DNA from: Isurus oxyrinchus | Lineage: Eukaryota | Assembly: GCA_026770705.1 (NCBI GenBank) | Contig: JANJGN010000018.1 | Location: 59,396,001-59,460,000 of the forward strand | Length of the DNA stretch: 64,000 nucleotides | Direction: 5' to 3' | Shown here: positions 1 through 14,465 of the stretch, in pieces | Numbering within the stretch: position 1 is the first letter of the stretch | How the letters are laid out: each line of letters opens with the position of its first letter | The notes under the pieces: model-generated | The model's input: only the letters and a program-made list of their open reading frames with translations | Database searches by the model: none | What the model was told of the DNA's origin: nothing | Made by a program: the position numbers and the translations under genes

Positions 1-110
1 CTACAGTGGTTCAAGAAGGCAGCTCACCACCACCTTTTTGAGGGCAGTTAGGGATGGGCAATAAACCATGGCCTTTCCAGTGAAGCTCAAATGCCACGAA
101 CAAATTAAAA
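1..110 (+). mobile_element. 3' tail of the same LINE family
   Basis: GGTTCAAGAAGGCAGCTCACCACCACC...TTAGGGATGGGCAATAAA matches the reverse complement of 63020-63080. Confidence 0.8.
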
Positions 111-719
111 ATCTAACTATGGGCCTGGTAGGTTGGCAGTCAAATTTTACAGTAAGCATCCCTTTAAATACTTTATTTTTGACATAAAATGTAGTGGCAG
201 ATCATCTTGTCTAAATTTTTGCTGTTTTTCATCCTTGTTTACCTGAAGACATAGACTCCTTGTTCAGGTATAGTTCCATGGACACCCTGCATCCTCTGTA
301 CCCCAGCCAGGTGGCCAATATTCTTGTAATAAGCTTGACTGTATGTGTCAACTGTCTTATAATAGGGGCATCCCAGCTGAGGCTGATCTTGCATTTGTCC
401 AAAATTTATACCTGTGGACGTGCAGCAAGGGTCTTCAGAGAGTGATCAGTTATGGAAAGCTTAGAAATATTTGGATTTCAATAGCACACCATGAGGCTGC
501 CATTATAATGTAGAATACTGGAATCATAAGTTAATTCCTGACATGAATAAAATTCTACTTTTTTTTTGTAAGAAAGCACCTACATGAATTAAGTAAAATG
601 AAATTACAGTCAATAAAGCATTGTTCATTGTTTTTGTATGTTTAGATGATTACATACCATGTTTTTGTTTAGTCCAATCCAAAAAGTATGTAACACTATA
701 TAGAAGTTGAATGAACACA

Positions 720-1340
720 AGAATGATTTTAAACTTGAGGCATTGAGGTACCAGTAACCTCTGAGCACAGAGGTAATGGGTGTGGGGGAAAAGAGTTCCA
801 CGTGTGTACTACTATAATAAGCTATGGGGCAACAGTTTTGAACTAACTAATGCTGTAGGGGATGGAAGATGGGAGGCTAGCCAGAAGAGCATTGGAATAG
901 TCAAGTTTGGCATGACAAAGGTATGGATGAGGATTTCGACAGCAGATGGGCTGTGGCAGAGCATAGATCAGTGATGTTACAGAGCTGAAAGTAGGCAATC
1001 TCTATGATGAAGAGGACATGGGGTTGTGACAAGGTTGCGATCGATGTAGTTAAACCTGAAACATTGGCTGGTTGGAATCATGAGCAAAATTACAAAATTT
1101 GTGATGGAGGCCAAATATGATGACTGTTCTTCCCAATGTTAAACTGGAGGAAATTGTGGTTCATCCAGGACAAAATGTCAGGTGAACAATCTTTACAATA
1201 AATGGTGAATGAAAGGGCTGAGAAGTGGAGGAGAGGTAGAGCCAGGCATCATCAGTATACATGTGGAGCCTGACCCGATGTCTTGAATGATTTCACCAAG
1301 GGACAATAAGCAGATGAAGTTGTCAAGGGGAGCAAAGGAC
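720..1340 (-). mobile_element. L2 LINE fragment, decayed
   Basis: Similar to 19620-19860 (GAGGCTAGCCAGAAGAGCATTGGAATAGTCAAGT...ACAAAGGTATGGATGAG). Confidence 0.65.
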
Positions 1341-1920
1341 TTTAAAATACTTTTTTACGTAAATGAAGGGATATAGATTCAAACTAGTAAAACTTTTAGA
1401 CTAATCTCCAGATTAATTCTTCACACAGACTGATCAATGCATAGGATAAGCTCTCAGATTGGAGTTGGAGATCTTGGACTGGAAAGTTTCTGCATGTTCT
1501 TGCATGGGAATGTGGAATTTTTAAGGAAGGGAAATGTGTTGTATATGGGATAACTGTTATAAAGCTTTAATATATAGATCTTGACAGATCTTGCTTTGTT
1601 GAAAGCATTAACTCGGATTGTTCAGGCTTCAAGAATTGCACTACTCTGCGTATTTTATTCTCTGTAACATATAAAACAGAGGGTGTAACTGGAACAACAG
1701 ATTTTAATGAGACATTCAGTTGGAATCTTTTGAGTTAGTAGTTTGGGTTTAAAGCATTGTAGAATGTTTGAAAAGCAAATCACAAAATCCAGGGGCGCAC
1801 TGCAGAATGGTAGAAAACTAAAATCAATTTAATATAAAAAGTTCAATATATTTGAAGTTGAATATGATGTCACCTATATTTTTTAACCTTCTTTTAAATT
1901 AGTTATGCCTATTTATTTGG

Positions 1921-2260
1921 GGGCGGTGGTGGCATAGTGGTAATGTCACTGCACAAGTAATCCAGAGGCCCAGATTAATGCTGTCTGGGGACACGACTTC
2001 AAATCTCACCATGGCAGCTGGTGGAATTAAAAGCTAGCCTCAGTAATGGTGACCATGAAACCATTGCTATAAAAACCCATCTAGTTCACTAATGCCCTTT
2101 AGGGAAGGAAATCTGCTGTCCTTACCTGGTCTGGCCTACAGACCCACAGCAATGTGGTTGACTCTTAATTCCTCTCTGAAATGGCCAAGCAAGCCACTCT
2201 TGGGCTAATAGGGCATCAAATGCTGGCCTTGCCAGTGTGACTCACATCCCATGAAAGAAT
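1921..2260 (+). mobile_element. tRNA-derived SINE (MetaSINE-like central domain) with LINE-derived tail
   Basis: A-box-like TGGCATAGTGG and B-box-like TTCAAATC. Central CCCATCTAGTTCACTAATGCCCTTTAGGGAAGGAAATCTG. The tail AAATGCTGGCCTTGCCAG...CACATCCCATGAAAGAAT is shared with the LINE at 62974. The family name is from recall. Confidence 0.75.
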
Positions 2261-5200
2261 TCCCCCAAAAAATTGGCATCTAATACAAGTAATTGATTAT
2301 TCCTGTGCTCTCCTAATCAGCCTACAATTTTTCACCCCCTCAAAACTCTGTTCCCATTGTGCCCTAACTCACACCAGGTCTCATTACCCAATGTATGCTG
2401 ACCAACATTGGCTCCCTGTTCACCAACACCTCCAATTTAAAATTCTTATCCTTGTGTTCAAATGTGTCCATGACTTCCCTCCCCACCTCGGTAACCTCCA
2501 GCCCTACAACTTTAAGAATTCTGCATTCCTTCAATTCTGACTTCTTTTGTATCACCACAACTTACTTCATCTGCCCGTTAGCGGCTGTGTCTTCAGCAAT
2601 GAAATTAACAGCAGGATATCTTTAAAATGTTTTTTAAGTGTGTTTCTTGCATGATAGCCTGCCTGATTGACAGTCAGGCTGTTTGTCAGGCAGGCAAACA
2701 GTCAAGGAGTGAATGTAAGGTGAGGAGAGGGTAGGAGATTGCAGGAGTCAGTCAACCATGGAGGAAGAGTGGAGACTAAGTTCAGGAGGGTGAATACTCC
2801 GAGTTCACGGGGGAACGGGGTGAGTTGGAGACCACAAAGTCTGGAAAGAGGTAAGCTTGTTGCATGGGCCTGAAAGAACAACTCCTAAATCCTCACTGCT
2901 CAAAACAATTATGTAAATATTTGCCTCATAAATCTGCCTCCTTTTGCCACCCGAGGGACACTGGAAAACCTGGCCTTAATGGGTTAAAATTAGAATATGT
3001 TAAAACAGAGGCTTGCAGCTCCCTTAAATACTTTTACTGACAAAACTGCTATCTGAGAGCAGATTGCCTGCCCACTTTTGATAAATTTGTGTGTTGGGTT
3101 TGCTATTACAAAATGTTTTACTTTCCACCCATCTTAACCCACATATTCTTAATGGTTAAACTTACCAAACTGCACCCCCTCCCTCCACCGCCCCCACTTC
3201 CCACCTCCATATGTTAGTAAAGAAGCCAAGTGCAGAGTTGCACCAGATATACCTGGAGTGAATGCAAAATAAATGCTCAAAAGGTTATTTCAAAGCAAAA
3301 AGAACAGTCTGCAATGGTGGCTAATTACCTGGGTACATTTGATGTGAGAGTTTACAGTTAGTTACAGGAGCAAATTTTTTTTGAAAGGTTTAGTCATAAT
3401 TAATCTCTGGTTGAACTTGTTTGATAACCTAGTACTTCTGCCAAATGTATTGTTACAGCAAATATCTTCTATACTTAGAGGAGGAAGTTAATTATTCCAA
3501 TAATTTTAAATTGTATTATATGGAACGATTTAAGCCCAATTAGAAATTGCTTTAAGCACCTTATTGAATTCTGTAAGGTGAATAGAATCAGCAGTTTTAA
3601 AATTCCTGGTAATTTAGTGGCTTATCATCCACAATAAGTAAGCCTGAGCACTGGTTGTTAACTGAGAACTGATGTTGTAATTGGCTATTTTCCTGTTACT
3701 AAGATTGTAGCCACAATAAAGCAAATGGGTTTTTCCTCATTGGTAATCTCATGATGTCACAAAACCTCCCCATTTGAGTTTACAATGTCTGTTACAGCTG
3801 GTCTCATAATGGGCTGAATATCGTTTTGATCCTGACTAATTTTATTTTGACTATTTGCTAAGCAGTTTTTTTTTAACATTAGGACTTTGAGTTTTATTTG
3901 TATTCATCTAACACTTGGCAAAATTCCACGTCTGTAGGTCCGATATTACAGCTGTTATCCGTATTGATTGCAAGCGCACAGATAGGCATAATGGTGAGCT
4001 TGCAGTAGGTGCAGTTCTCTCTATATTTAAAGAAAATTTGATCTGACCTTTCTTTCTTGTCACTCTCCATTTATTCCCAGTTTCCCAAAAGTGGAACTGT
4101 GAAATGAAAGTGACCAAAACTTTAAACTGTTCTGACAGCTCTGTGCATATACATGTGTAAATATGGATGACATTACATTCTCACGTTGAGATACATGTAA
4201 AAGATATCTATAGTCCTACAGAACCTTTACAACTCAGCACTGTTCTGGCTTGACTGACACGTAATGCAGAGCCTGAGGTTTTAAAATGGCCAAAGTTTGA
4301 CAAGGGTGAATCATTGTAGTCATAACTGAATAATTTATTTTGTATTGTGAATAAAGTGGTATTGGGTAAATGCCATCAAACTAGTAAAGGGAAAAGAAAA
4401 GTTTTTTTTCCCCTTAAAACCTACATATTAATATGTCAGTAATAGTAGTGAAAAAATAGACAGGTGGATTACAAAGCCCTTATCTTTCTGAACATTTATT
4501 CAGTTTAGTTTGATTGACAAATGATTAGAGTGAGTTCAGTGGGATTTAAATTGTTGGTCTAAACCATAGACATAGGTGGTCATTTTTCACGTCATTATAA
4601 GGATGAAATCTTCTTCAAACATGTTCAGAATATCTACTGGGAAGTCTTTGCAATAGAACTTTTATTTGCAATTTTCTTCTCTCCTCCAGACAAATTTAGC
4701 ACCCTTATCTGCTTTGGTTCATAGATGGTGTGGTCCTCTTGCAAAGCTGTTGAGGCATTTAGTGTCGTATCTGCCAGGATTTCAGTGATGAGCTGTGAAT
4801 TGCTTTCAAAGTGGGCATTATGCCAGTTGAGCAGCACAATAGAAAACCAATCTTGCACCATTCTACTCTTGATGTCATTATTGTAGCATTTTAGATAACT
4901 GCTGGTACGAAAAGATGTGCTGAATTGCTACCAGTTAGTAAAGTTAAATCCAGAGTAGCAGTAAAATTACTCTGAAAGCGGTTTGTCAGAGGTCAGTACA
5001 GGGACGATAGATGGCCTTTTTTATTAGCATGACTAACCACTTCTCACTGCAGTCCTTCACCTACGCTTTATTTATCATCTTCATACCTCTGTTGGAAAAA
5101 TGTGTCGACAAGAAAAGTTGAAATGCTATAAAAGTTCAGGAAAGTGTCTTCTAAATGTTGGATCACTGGTGCTGTGTTGAGTGGCTCATTACTGAGCTGA

Positions 5201-7929
5201 CCCTGCTGGAAAAGTGTGTCCTCTGTTTAAAGCTCCGTTGAATTGCATTTCAGGAATAATATGGGCCTACCTGTGTTATGAAGCATAAACACAGGCGTGG
5301 ACCTGTTGGGCTGAATGGCCTGTTTCTGTGCTGTAAATACTATGTTATGGTGCATTTGAAAATATTAAATTAGTACATTTCATTCCACTAGTAGATGTTT
5401 TGTTTTGACTAATTGGTACTTTTCTTTTTAAGCGAGCATATTTTGTTGGAGGGGGAAAGAGTTGATGCATCGTTTCCAATAAGAAAGATTTGCTGAGTCC
5501 CAGCCCACCTGCTAGAGGGAACACGTTAAAGTAGCGTAAATTTTCCATCTGACTAGACAGGAATATTGTTCAAAAACCTATTTAATCCACAGTATGGAGC
5601 AACATTGACAATTTTTCTTCAGAGTATCTGCCTTCTCAGTTTGAATAGTGCTGTCTAATGCCAGGTGAGAAGGGAGGGTTTCTTCCTCAAAGCATTTACT
5701 CACCAAATACTCTAAAGGAGACCCACAGATCATTGTTTTGGGGTGTTTCTGCCAGCAGTTAGTAAAATTTAATTGTTGTAATTGATAAATATGTTTCTAC
5801 TGAAAACTTCAGGACTTTTCCAGTAAAGTTTAAAGTTGAATTCTTGTCTTTCCATGTAAAAATTCCATAGCAGGAGGACTAGATGGCACACTGCATTGCA
5901 ACATTGTTTAATTCTAGGACATGAGTTTGAAATAATTTCTAGTTTTTTACCTGGTGAGTTTGACATCAACTGTGCATTTGGGAGAGAGAATGATTGAAAG
6001 TCAAGCATTGCCATGCAGATACAAGAGAGTCTACCTACTGAATATGGGCAAATTATTTTTTGTGTGGGGCATAAGAGGCAGACACTGAGAAAATGTTAGG
6101 TTACTTTTGACCTTTGTGAGCCCAGTATGTCTATTGCATTGAAATAGAGAATGCAGAGTTCTTAAGAAACTCTGTCAACAAAGTTATTTAAGCAACAAAT
6201 AGATTGAAACAACTGAATATCTGGTATTTATCTAAGGGTCAGTTGTAAACATTCCTTATACTTGGTAACATCTCCCTTCAGTTTTACAGCACCCCTCTTT
6301 ATCAACAACATTGTCTGAGATGCTTAAAAGCCTCTGAACCAGATTACTGACTGATCTACAGCTGTAGGATTTTTGTATGCCCAATACTGAGTGCACACTC
6401 CCGTAGGGAGGATCATCAGTTCGCCAAGTCCAGGAATCTTAGTACCATGGTTTAAGGACTCCCATGTGTGCACAGAATTACTGTTAGAATTGAACCAGCT
6501 AAAACTATCTCCTTGCTACTTGCCCATCCTACTAGTGAAGATATTCACTTTCAGGGTTCTCTGGAGCCGAGTGAAGATATCTACAATTCCTTCATTTTCA
6601 AACATTCAGGCTTTGTATTGTATGTCAAGAGCTTCAGAATTTTGCTTCCTATGACTTCCTCTACCAGAATTGAAGCTTATTGTCCAAAGACAGCGTACAA
6701 TTGATACGATTATATAAGGAATTATGAAGGTCACTTCTGCTTGTTTTCAGCATTTTCATTCTGCTTCCAAGCTTGCATGTTTTTAATTAAGACCATTGAG
6801 TATCACATCAAAATGATACTTAAACTGTGGTGATACTCTTGGTGGTGGATTCATAGCATGCTCTTTCACCTTTCTTTATCTTTGTTTTCTGGGCAGCATG
6901 ATGAAGCATAGGATCTTCACTTGAGGGGTTGAATAAGTAGGTCATGATCCCAGGAGTAGTAGGGACCACACTCCCTTGATTATATACCACAATAGGCACC
7001 TGGGTAGAGTATCTTGCAAGTGGAACAGTTCATCTCATACTGGGCTGATGACTGAGGAGCCGAGGCTGTTGATTAATTTAGGGCTGGAGGCTGACAATGC
7101 TACAAAGGTGGTATCAGCAACCTTTGTGATGGTGCGGATATGGAGTGAAATGCAGCTTAGGTCAATCAGGATGCCAAGTTTGCAAACAGTCTGGTTCAGC
7201 CTGAGACAGTGTCTGCAGGTGAATCCTGGTCAGATATGACTTGACAGGGGAGGAATTCGTTGTGTCGTCTTACCTTGACAATTCTTTACTCTCAAAAAAA
7301 ATTTTGATTTCGGTCAATGAATGTTGTGGAGTAAGTTTTTAGTGAGCAAGTTTTAAATGGTTTTAAATTAAATTGCAGTGTTAAATGGAGTATCTTACAC
7401 CAGCAAGGTACAAACTTTGAGTAGGATAAGCACATAAGTAGGATAAAGAGTGTTGTGTTACTCCTAACGGCCTTACATTTATAGTCCAACCTAGAGTACT
7501 ATTTATTTGTAGCCTTAGGGTATATTGGATGATCCTGTCTTATCCTGTTGAAGGTGTGTGGAGGGTGGGAAAAGAGGGAGTGAACATTATATAATTCCTT
7601 TTGGTGCGGTATGTACTCTCAATTAAAGGTCCTTATTCTTATGGGAAGAATTCTGTCTGCTTTGCTTAACATTTTTGTTTTAAGCAGTCATTATTTAATT
7701 ATCATTTTTGTTCAATTATTCCTCAACCATATATAGTATAGAATTTACAGTCTGTTTTCCCTGTTTAGTTCGGAATTACTACTGGTATGCTATACTCAGT
7801 TGCATTGGCGAGCTAAAAAAAAATGTCTTTTTATGTGCATCTTCATAATGTTCAATTTACAGGCTGCTCTGCTACCTCTTCACTGCTTAGAGTATTCCAA
7901 TTCTCCTCCCTTCCTGCTCTTAGAGTGCA

Positions 7930-8470
7930 CATAACTGTTTGAAATCCACTGGTACAATTGTCAAATCAATTATTCATTCTCTGCAATTATGCTAGCACAA
8001 AGAACATTNNNNNNNNNNNNNNNNNNNNNNNNNNNNNNNNNNNNNNNNNNNNNNNNNNNNNNNNNNNNNNNNNNNNNNNNNNNNNNNNNNNNNNNNNNNN
8101 NNNNNNNNNNNNNNNNNNNNNNNNNNNNNNNNNNNNNNNNNNNNNNNNNNNNNNNNNNNNNNNNNNNNNNNNNNNNNNNNACAGTGACTGGCCAGGAATC
8201 GGAAGCGTCTGTCATAGGGCAGTGAGAGCATTTTGTGGGAAATGCTATTTATTTTAAATGCTCCACCTGCTGGGAGCTGGGGTTAGTCAGCGGAGCTGAG
8301 ATGAATTGGGAGACGGGGTGTAAAAGAAATAATGTGCCTCTGACAGGCTTGGTGGCTTTTAAGTTGCTCTCATTCAGCCACTTCACAAAAAAAGATTTTT
8401 TTATTCCATCTTTCAGTGATGACATGATTGCTTTTGGTAATCATTTACCATTCTGGTTTTATTTTTTTTC
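7930..8470. promoter_or_regulatory. Candidate conserved ARX enhancer in the POLA1 last intron
   Basis: Non-repetitive, non-coding block around the gap, in the intron known to carry ARX ultraconserved enhancers. The identity is not verified. Confidence 0.45.
8009..8180. other. Assembly gap (172 N)
   Basis: Run of N. Confidence 1.
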
Positions 8471-11400
8471 TGAAGTAAATTGTCTGTAGTAATAGGTTCT
8501 CAGAATTATCCCCTGCTTTTTCATGGAATTCATTTTTTGAACCTGTCTGCCAGTATTTAACCTCAACTAGATTTTCTGTTTTCTCTCGTAACTTTATTTA
8601 CAAAACACCTACTTAATAATGGTGTGCTTTTGTATTTAAATTGTTCTTTGTGAAATGTGTTTGTGATGACCATTGTTAAGTAACAGGGTAGTCGTCCATA
8701 TTTAATCTACTTGTGACCAAAAAAAGCATTTTTCTTGTGTATGTAGTACATTCATGTCCAATTGAAATTGGAAAGATATTAATTCTTTATAGTAATACAG
8801 CAGTCATTGAGTAAAGAATGGCAAATTAACTGAAATGCCTAGTAGGATAATTCAGGACTTTAATCATTTCAGAAGATTATAATGTTGGTTTCTCATTTCT
8901 TCAGAAGAGGGAAGAGAGGGTCAAGGTTTAATAGTAGAAGTAATTGGATTCTGGCCTCTTGACCAATGGATAGCTGCATAGAAGCAAACAGCTGATTGGA
9001 GGAGGGATTGAATATAATTACTCATGCCCAAATTAATTCACAACTAAGTTATTCATGTTTATGATACCAGACTCCCCATTGTTCTGTTCAGACTAGAAGC
9101 AAAAAAGGTGAGAATCCAAAATTGGTTATAGAACAACCCTGCCATCTCTGTCTCATGTGCCACAATCTCTGAAACTACACATACCATTATTTTACTAATC
9201 AAGAATCCATATAATTTATAGTTCATTTATAACTATAACATTTTTGGATAGCTTCCAAATACTGTATTGTCAAAAATGTGCTACTTTTAACTTTGAGAGT
9301 TCCCTGTGTTAGAATTCCAGCAAGAACATGTCTAGTCTGCAGTGCAGATTGGTTAAACTAGACAAGTTTGCTTTAACTGAGGTCTTCAGAAAACTCTGTG
9401 ATAAAGGTATTTAAAGCTTACAGCCTTCATGTAGCCAGAATATTTTGCTGTTTAGAAGCTGTCACATGTAACAACAGTGAATGGCTCAGTTTGATTGTTG
9501 ACCTGTGTCCTTTCCTGTTGGTGAATAACAGGCTGGTGGGGTTTACTGCATCTTCCAAGAGTGTAAATTTGGTGAATTTATCAGAAACAAACAAGCATAG
9601 CAAGTCAAGCCAAGTAGTACCCCATTTAGTTTTCTCATTCTTTCTCAGATAAGGAAGGAAAATGGGCAGGGAACTTGCAAAGAGCGGCAGGGCTTAGAGA
9701 TGGAATGAGTTCACGTTTATTGTCTACTTTTTCTTCTAAAAGACTTATTTTGTCATCTCCTATTTTTTTTTCTATCCAGATCTCTCTCTAGCTCTCATTT
9801 TATGACATCCTGCATTAAAAATGAGATGCTAGAGTAGATAAAATCACGCTGTTTCTGGTAACTGAGGGGTCAAGATCAAGGGACGTAAAAATAAGATTAA
9901 ATGATTTTTTAAATGTTTACAACTGAGGTCAGGGCAACTTCATACATAACTGATATTCTGTGGAATTCACTATTAAGACAAGTGGTGGAAGCAGAAACTA
10001 TGCCATTATTCAAGATTACATTGGCAATACAAGGTGGGTAAATGTGATAATTATTTTCTGCTAAAGGGTACTGGATAAGGTCTATAGCCTGTTACCATGT
10101 TGTAACAGCAGTGGATTTCTATTTGAGAGTTGGAACTGTAAAACACCTTCTGTTGGTTCAGTGGCAATGTTTTTGGTCATTATTTTTGCTTTTATTTTTT
10201 CATATACGTTTTCATGTAAAATCTTTTGCGCGAAATAATCAAAATTACAGCTGAAACTATATATTGTGATAATATACCTTTAACCTTCCGAAAAAGCCAA
10301 CTTTGTTGCAGACTTTCTGCAGTTTTCTTGTCTGTGCAGTTTTGTCTGGTTTCTTTTGATGTGGTGCTAGATGATAATGAAGGGAAAATATAGTGCAACT
10401 GTAACATAGGAGTAGTTGAGGAACAAATTATCAGTCTCCCTATACTCATTAATTTGTGAGGGTTTGTGTTGAAGTGAGCAAACAACCTTTTGAGTCCATA
10501 GTTGATTGAAGCCCACAGCAATTAAAATTAAACAGATGGGAAATATCATTACAAAATGATGGGGACATTTCAAATTGAAATGATAACATTCCTTGAGTTT
10601 TGGAAGAATGTTGGGAGGGAGACACTGCTTACCATAATGCACAGCTCAGAAAACTAAATGAAACCAGGACCAAATATGTAAAGAACAGACATTTTATTTG
10701 CTACATGATTTTTATATATTTGTTTTTTAAAAGCTCATCCTGCTGAAAATATGGATTTGATGGGTAGAAAACATATAAATGTATTTAATTTCATCAAGTG
10801 CGCAATGCCTGTAGTCATTCTTAATGTTCTTATAGATTTCAGGTTAACTTCATTTGTACCATCAGGAAAATAATGCGATGTTTGGCACTGTTGCTTATGA
10901 AATACAAAATCAATACAATCCTTCACTGTTGCCTATTTGAAGGGTCCTGTGGGAGTCTTGAATCAGTACCATAAACCCTAGATATAGGCGATATGGACCT
11001 GGGTTCTGCAATTGTATTTTTACCTTTATTAAGGTTTTGATGGGTTTTCTCAAGTGAGGTATATCCAAAGCATTTAATCCCATAAAGAAATTTATTTCTG
11101 TTCCTTGAATAGAAAACAAAAACAGTGCTTAACATACTATTTATTTCAGAGGCCAGTATTTTCTTTTGACACACAACAATAACTTTACTGACTGAATCCA
11201 ATTTAAACATACATATTCTCTTTATTGCCAATTTTCCACCATTTTCTGAAGAAGTTGACTCCTTGCTGAAATCCAGTTTTGCTAGTTTCAAACAGTCTTT
11301 CCTATTATCCAAATGGCAACTTTTCATTTATAAGTCCACCCTGTGCACATTGCATAAATGTGTATTAAAGGACATTGTTTTAACCTTATCTGACATGTCC

Positions 11401-13147
11401 TGTTGATGGAATGACCCAGTTAGTTGATTTGCTATGATCCTTTGGCTGTGTTAGCATTTGGTTTTTTTCAGTATGAAGTATTTTCAGTATAATTAATCGC
11501 TCCTCTATTAATATTAGCTGAAAGGAAATGTTGAGCTTTGAGAAAGCAACAGCTTAAAAAGAAATAACTTTCTTTATTTTCCATCAGCCCAGAAATGTTT
11601 ATAACCTTTCACACCTGAAAATTGTAAATATTCCAGATTTTCTACTAATGATCCAACTGAGTTTTCATAAAGCTGTGGAGTTGTATTTCAGAAAACTCTC
11701 TAACATTTTGTGTACCTGCTGTTTAAATATCAGTTGGACTTGCTAAAGATATTTGGCAGGTGGGTCAATTGGAACAGGGGTTACAGACTTCCAGGATTAA
11801 AATATTCAGTGAACCCAACTTGAATTCTGTCAATGGCCATCAGTGTGGAGTGTTGAAGTTTCATTTCATTGAGACAAAATCCTTGACTGATAGCTTGACT
11901 GATAAATATTATGCAGGGTGACCTCGAGGTCACATAGCTGCAGTGTACTGTTACCTCTGCATTGTCAAGAGAATTGGATTTCAGTAGATCTTTTGGAGGT
12001 TTGGACTGTGCCAAAATTGGAACTGTATTGTTTACCCTTGGTGAAGGACCTTGGGTCAGGATTTCAATGTGTTACAGTACCTATGTATTTTCTCCAGTAC
12101 AATGATGCTGTCACCATACTGAGTAACCTGGAGTTTGGATTACAGTTTACAAGGTTTCCTTCAGATCACTGTGCTGCAGATCACCTTCCTGTCATATCTG
12201 CTCGACTGGTGTCACTATGTGTTTCTGTTTTGCAAAGTAAGTGCTTCAAAGCCATTACAGCAGCTTGTGGCATGAAGGCCATTTTTTTGAATTCCAACTG
12301 CACTACGAAAAGTATGCATTGGATTAGGTTTATAATCTGATAGTATGTGAGATTGCTAGAGAGGTGAAAAATGTTTCACAGTGTGAACCAATTTTGAAAA
12401 CTTTTTTTTTAAACTCCATTAACTTAAAGTGAGAAACTAATTAAGCTTGATTTTAAAATATTTGTTCGTCAAATAAATTGCTGCAATATGAAGCCAGATA
12501 GTGCCACAACTATAAAATATTAAGATCAACAGCTATTTTGAAATTAACATTAGTGCGAAACCTTTTCAATCCTGTTTGTACCTCAGTTCGTCTGGGAGCA
12601 ATTGTAAAATATCATTAGGATGAGGTTTAATTTTTAGCCCAGACTCAAGAGAAGCCCCAAACCCTGCTGCACCAATGTGACATTTATTTCCATTTCTCCA
12701 TATTAACAGCCATTAGCCCTCTCTGAATGACATTACCAACTAAAGCCAAATTAGGAGGCCATTTGTGCTTGTAGGCCAAAGCCCCCTAGAAATTGCATGT
12801 AGACTACCAAAGCTCATATAGGGCCCTTCACAATCATAGGAGACTTTAACCCTATCAGGTCAGACTGGAATTGAAAGGACAGAGTCATAAGGCATTTGAT
12901 AAATTACCAAATAATAAACATGTTAACAAAATTGAACCCCATGAGGTTAAAGGGCAGTGGCTGCATGGAAATGAAATTGACTAAGGGACAGAAAACAGAG
13001 TAGTGGTGAATTATTACTGCCAAATGTCATCCTTGGCACTAAAAACTTAATTTTATATGTGGCGGCTTATCCTTTCAGATTTTAATTATTAGACATATTT
13101 TTAAAATTACTTTTTCTTTCTATCCCCCTTATCTCTCTATTAATCCT

Positions 13148-13950
13148 GTAGAATTATACAGAAAATACAGCTCAGAAATTAGTATTTAGCCCAACCACTC
13201 GAGTCTCCTCTCATCTTTCCTCATCTAACTCTATCAGCATAACCCTCTATTTCCTTCCCCTTACCCCCTAAATGCTATTCACTTCTACCACGTCTTGTGG
13301 GAGTGAGTTCCACATTCTCACCACTGAGTATTGAAGTGTCTTTTGAATTCCCTTTTTGACTTTGTGGTGATTATTTTATATGGATAGCCTCTAGTTCTAC
13401 ACTTCCCTACAAGTGGAAACACAGTGTGTGTGCCTCCTCTGTCAAAACCTTTCATAATTTTAAAGATGAGATCTAATAGATCATCCCTCAGTCTTCTCTT
13501 TTCAAAGGGAGGCTTCCACCCTTTTTTATCCTTTCCTGATAGATGTAACTTGTGGTTCCTGATATCATGCTTGTAAATCTTTATTGCATCCTCCATTGAG
13601 TCTATATCCCTTTTATAATATGGCAACCAGAACTGGACTATTTACTCCCAAGTATTGTCCAACCAAGGTTCAATATCAGTTTTCTCTCTACTTTTCAATT
13701 CTATTCCCCCAGAAATAAACCCCAGTGTTTGATTTGCCTTTTTTAATGACCTTATTAACCTGCTTCATTACTTTCAGTGATTTGTGTATGTGTACTCCAG
13801 ACCCCTTTGCTTCTCTAACCCATTTAGGTTATTTTCCAAGTAATATAAGACCTCCTTATTTTTCATGTGTGACATTGAATTTTAACATAGATAAGTATTC
13901 TTTACTAATTCTATGCCCATTCTGCAAGCTTATTAATGTCTTCCTGAAAT
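13148..13950 (-). mobile_element. CR1 LINE 3' fragment, decayed
   Basis: PYYKRDID and EKRRLRDDLLDLIFKIMKGFDR remnants plus a CR1 tail. Confidence 0.8.
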
Positions 13951-14159
13951 CTATCTTTTTCTCTCTTTATTTTGCTTTCTGCACATGATTTTACATTGAA
14001 TTAAATATTTTAACTTACATTTTCGGGTTTAGACTTTGCGTACTTCAATAAGGATTCTTCAACCCAATTGGTTTGAGAGGCACAGTTACTTGCCCTGCTT
14101 ACACAGGTCCCCAATCCCCTGTAGAGGGCACCACAATTATATGGCTCACTAATTAGAAA

Positions 14160-14465
14160 AGAAATAAGAGCTGAAGTAGGCCAATTGACCTTTCTAGCCT
14201 GCTCCACGATCCAACAAAATCATGGCTGATCTATCTCCATTCCACCTTCCTGCAATATCCCCTTATCCATTAATTTCCTTCATACCTAGAATACTATCAA
14301 TCTCCGGCTTGAATATGCTCAACAACTGACCATGGACAGCTCTCTGGGTTAGAGAAATCCAAAGACCCACAACCCTTTGAGTGAGGAAATTTCTCCTCAT
14401 CTCAGTCCAGAATGGCTAATTTTTATTCTGACACTGTGACCCGTGCTCTAGATTTCCCTGTCAAG
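14160..14465 (-). mobile_element. CR1 3' end
   Basis: Similar to 32115-32400 (TAAGAGCTGAAGTAGGCCA...CATGGCTGATCT). Confidence 0.7.

Noticed and set aside
1921-2010. Possible tRNA gene
   Set aside because: It is a degenerate SINE head and does not form a cloverleaf.
7958-8257. ORFs spanning X residues
   Set aside because: Artefacts of the N gap.
10923-12340. ORFs of 134-140 aa in the POLA1 intron
   Set aside because: No recognisable domain, non-ATG or weak starts, and a composition typical of random AT-rich DNA.
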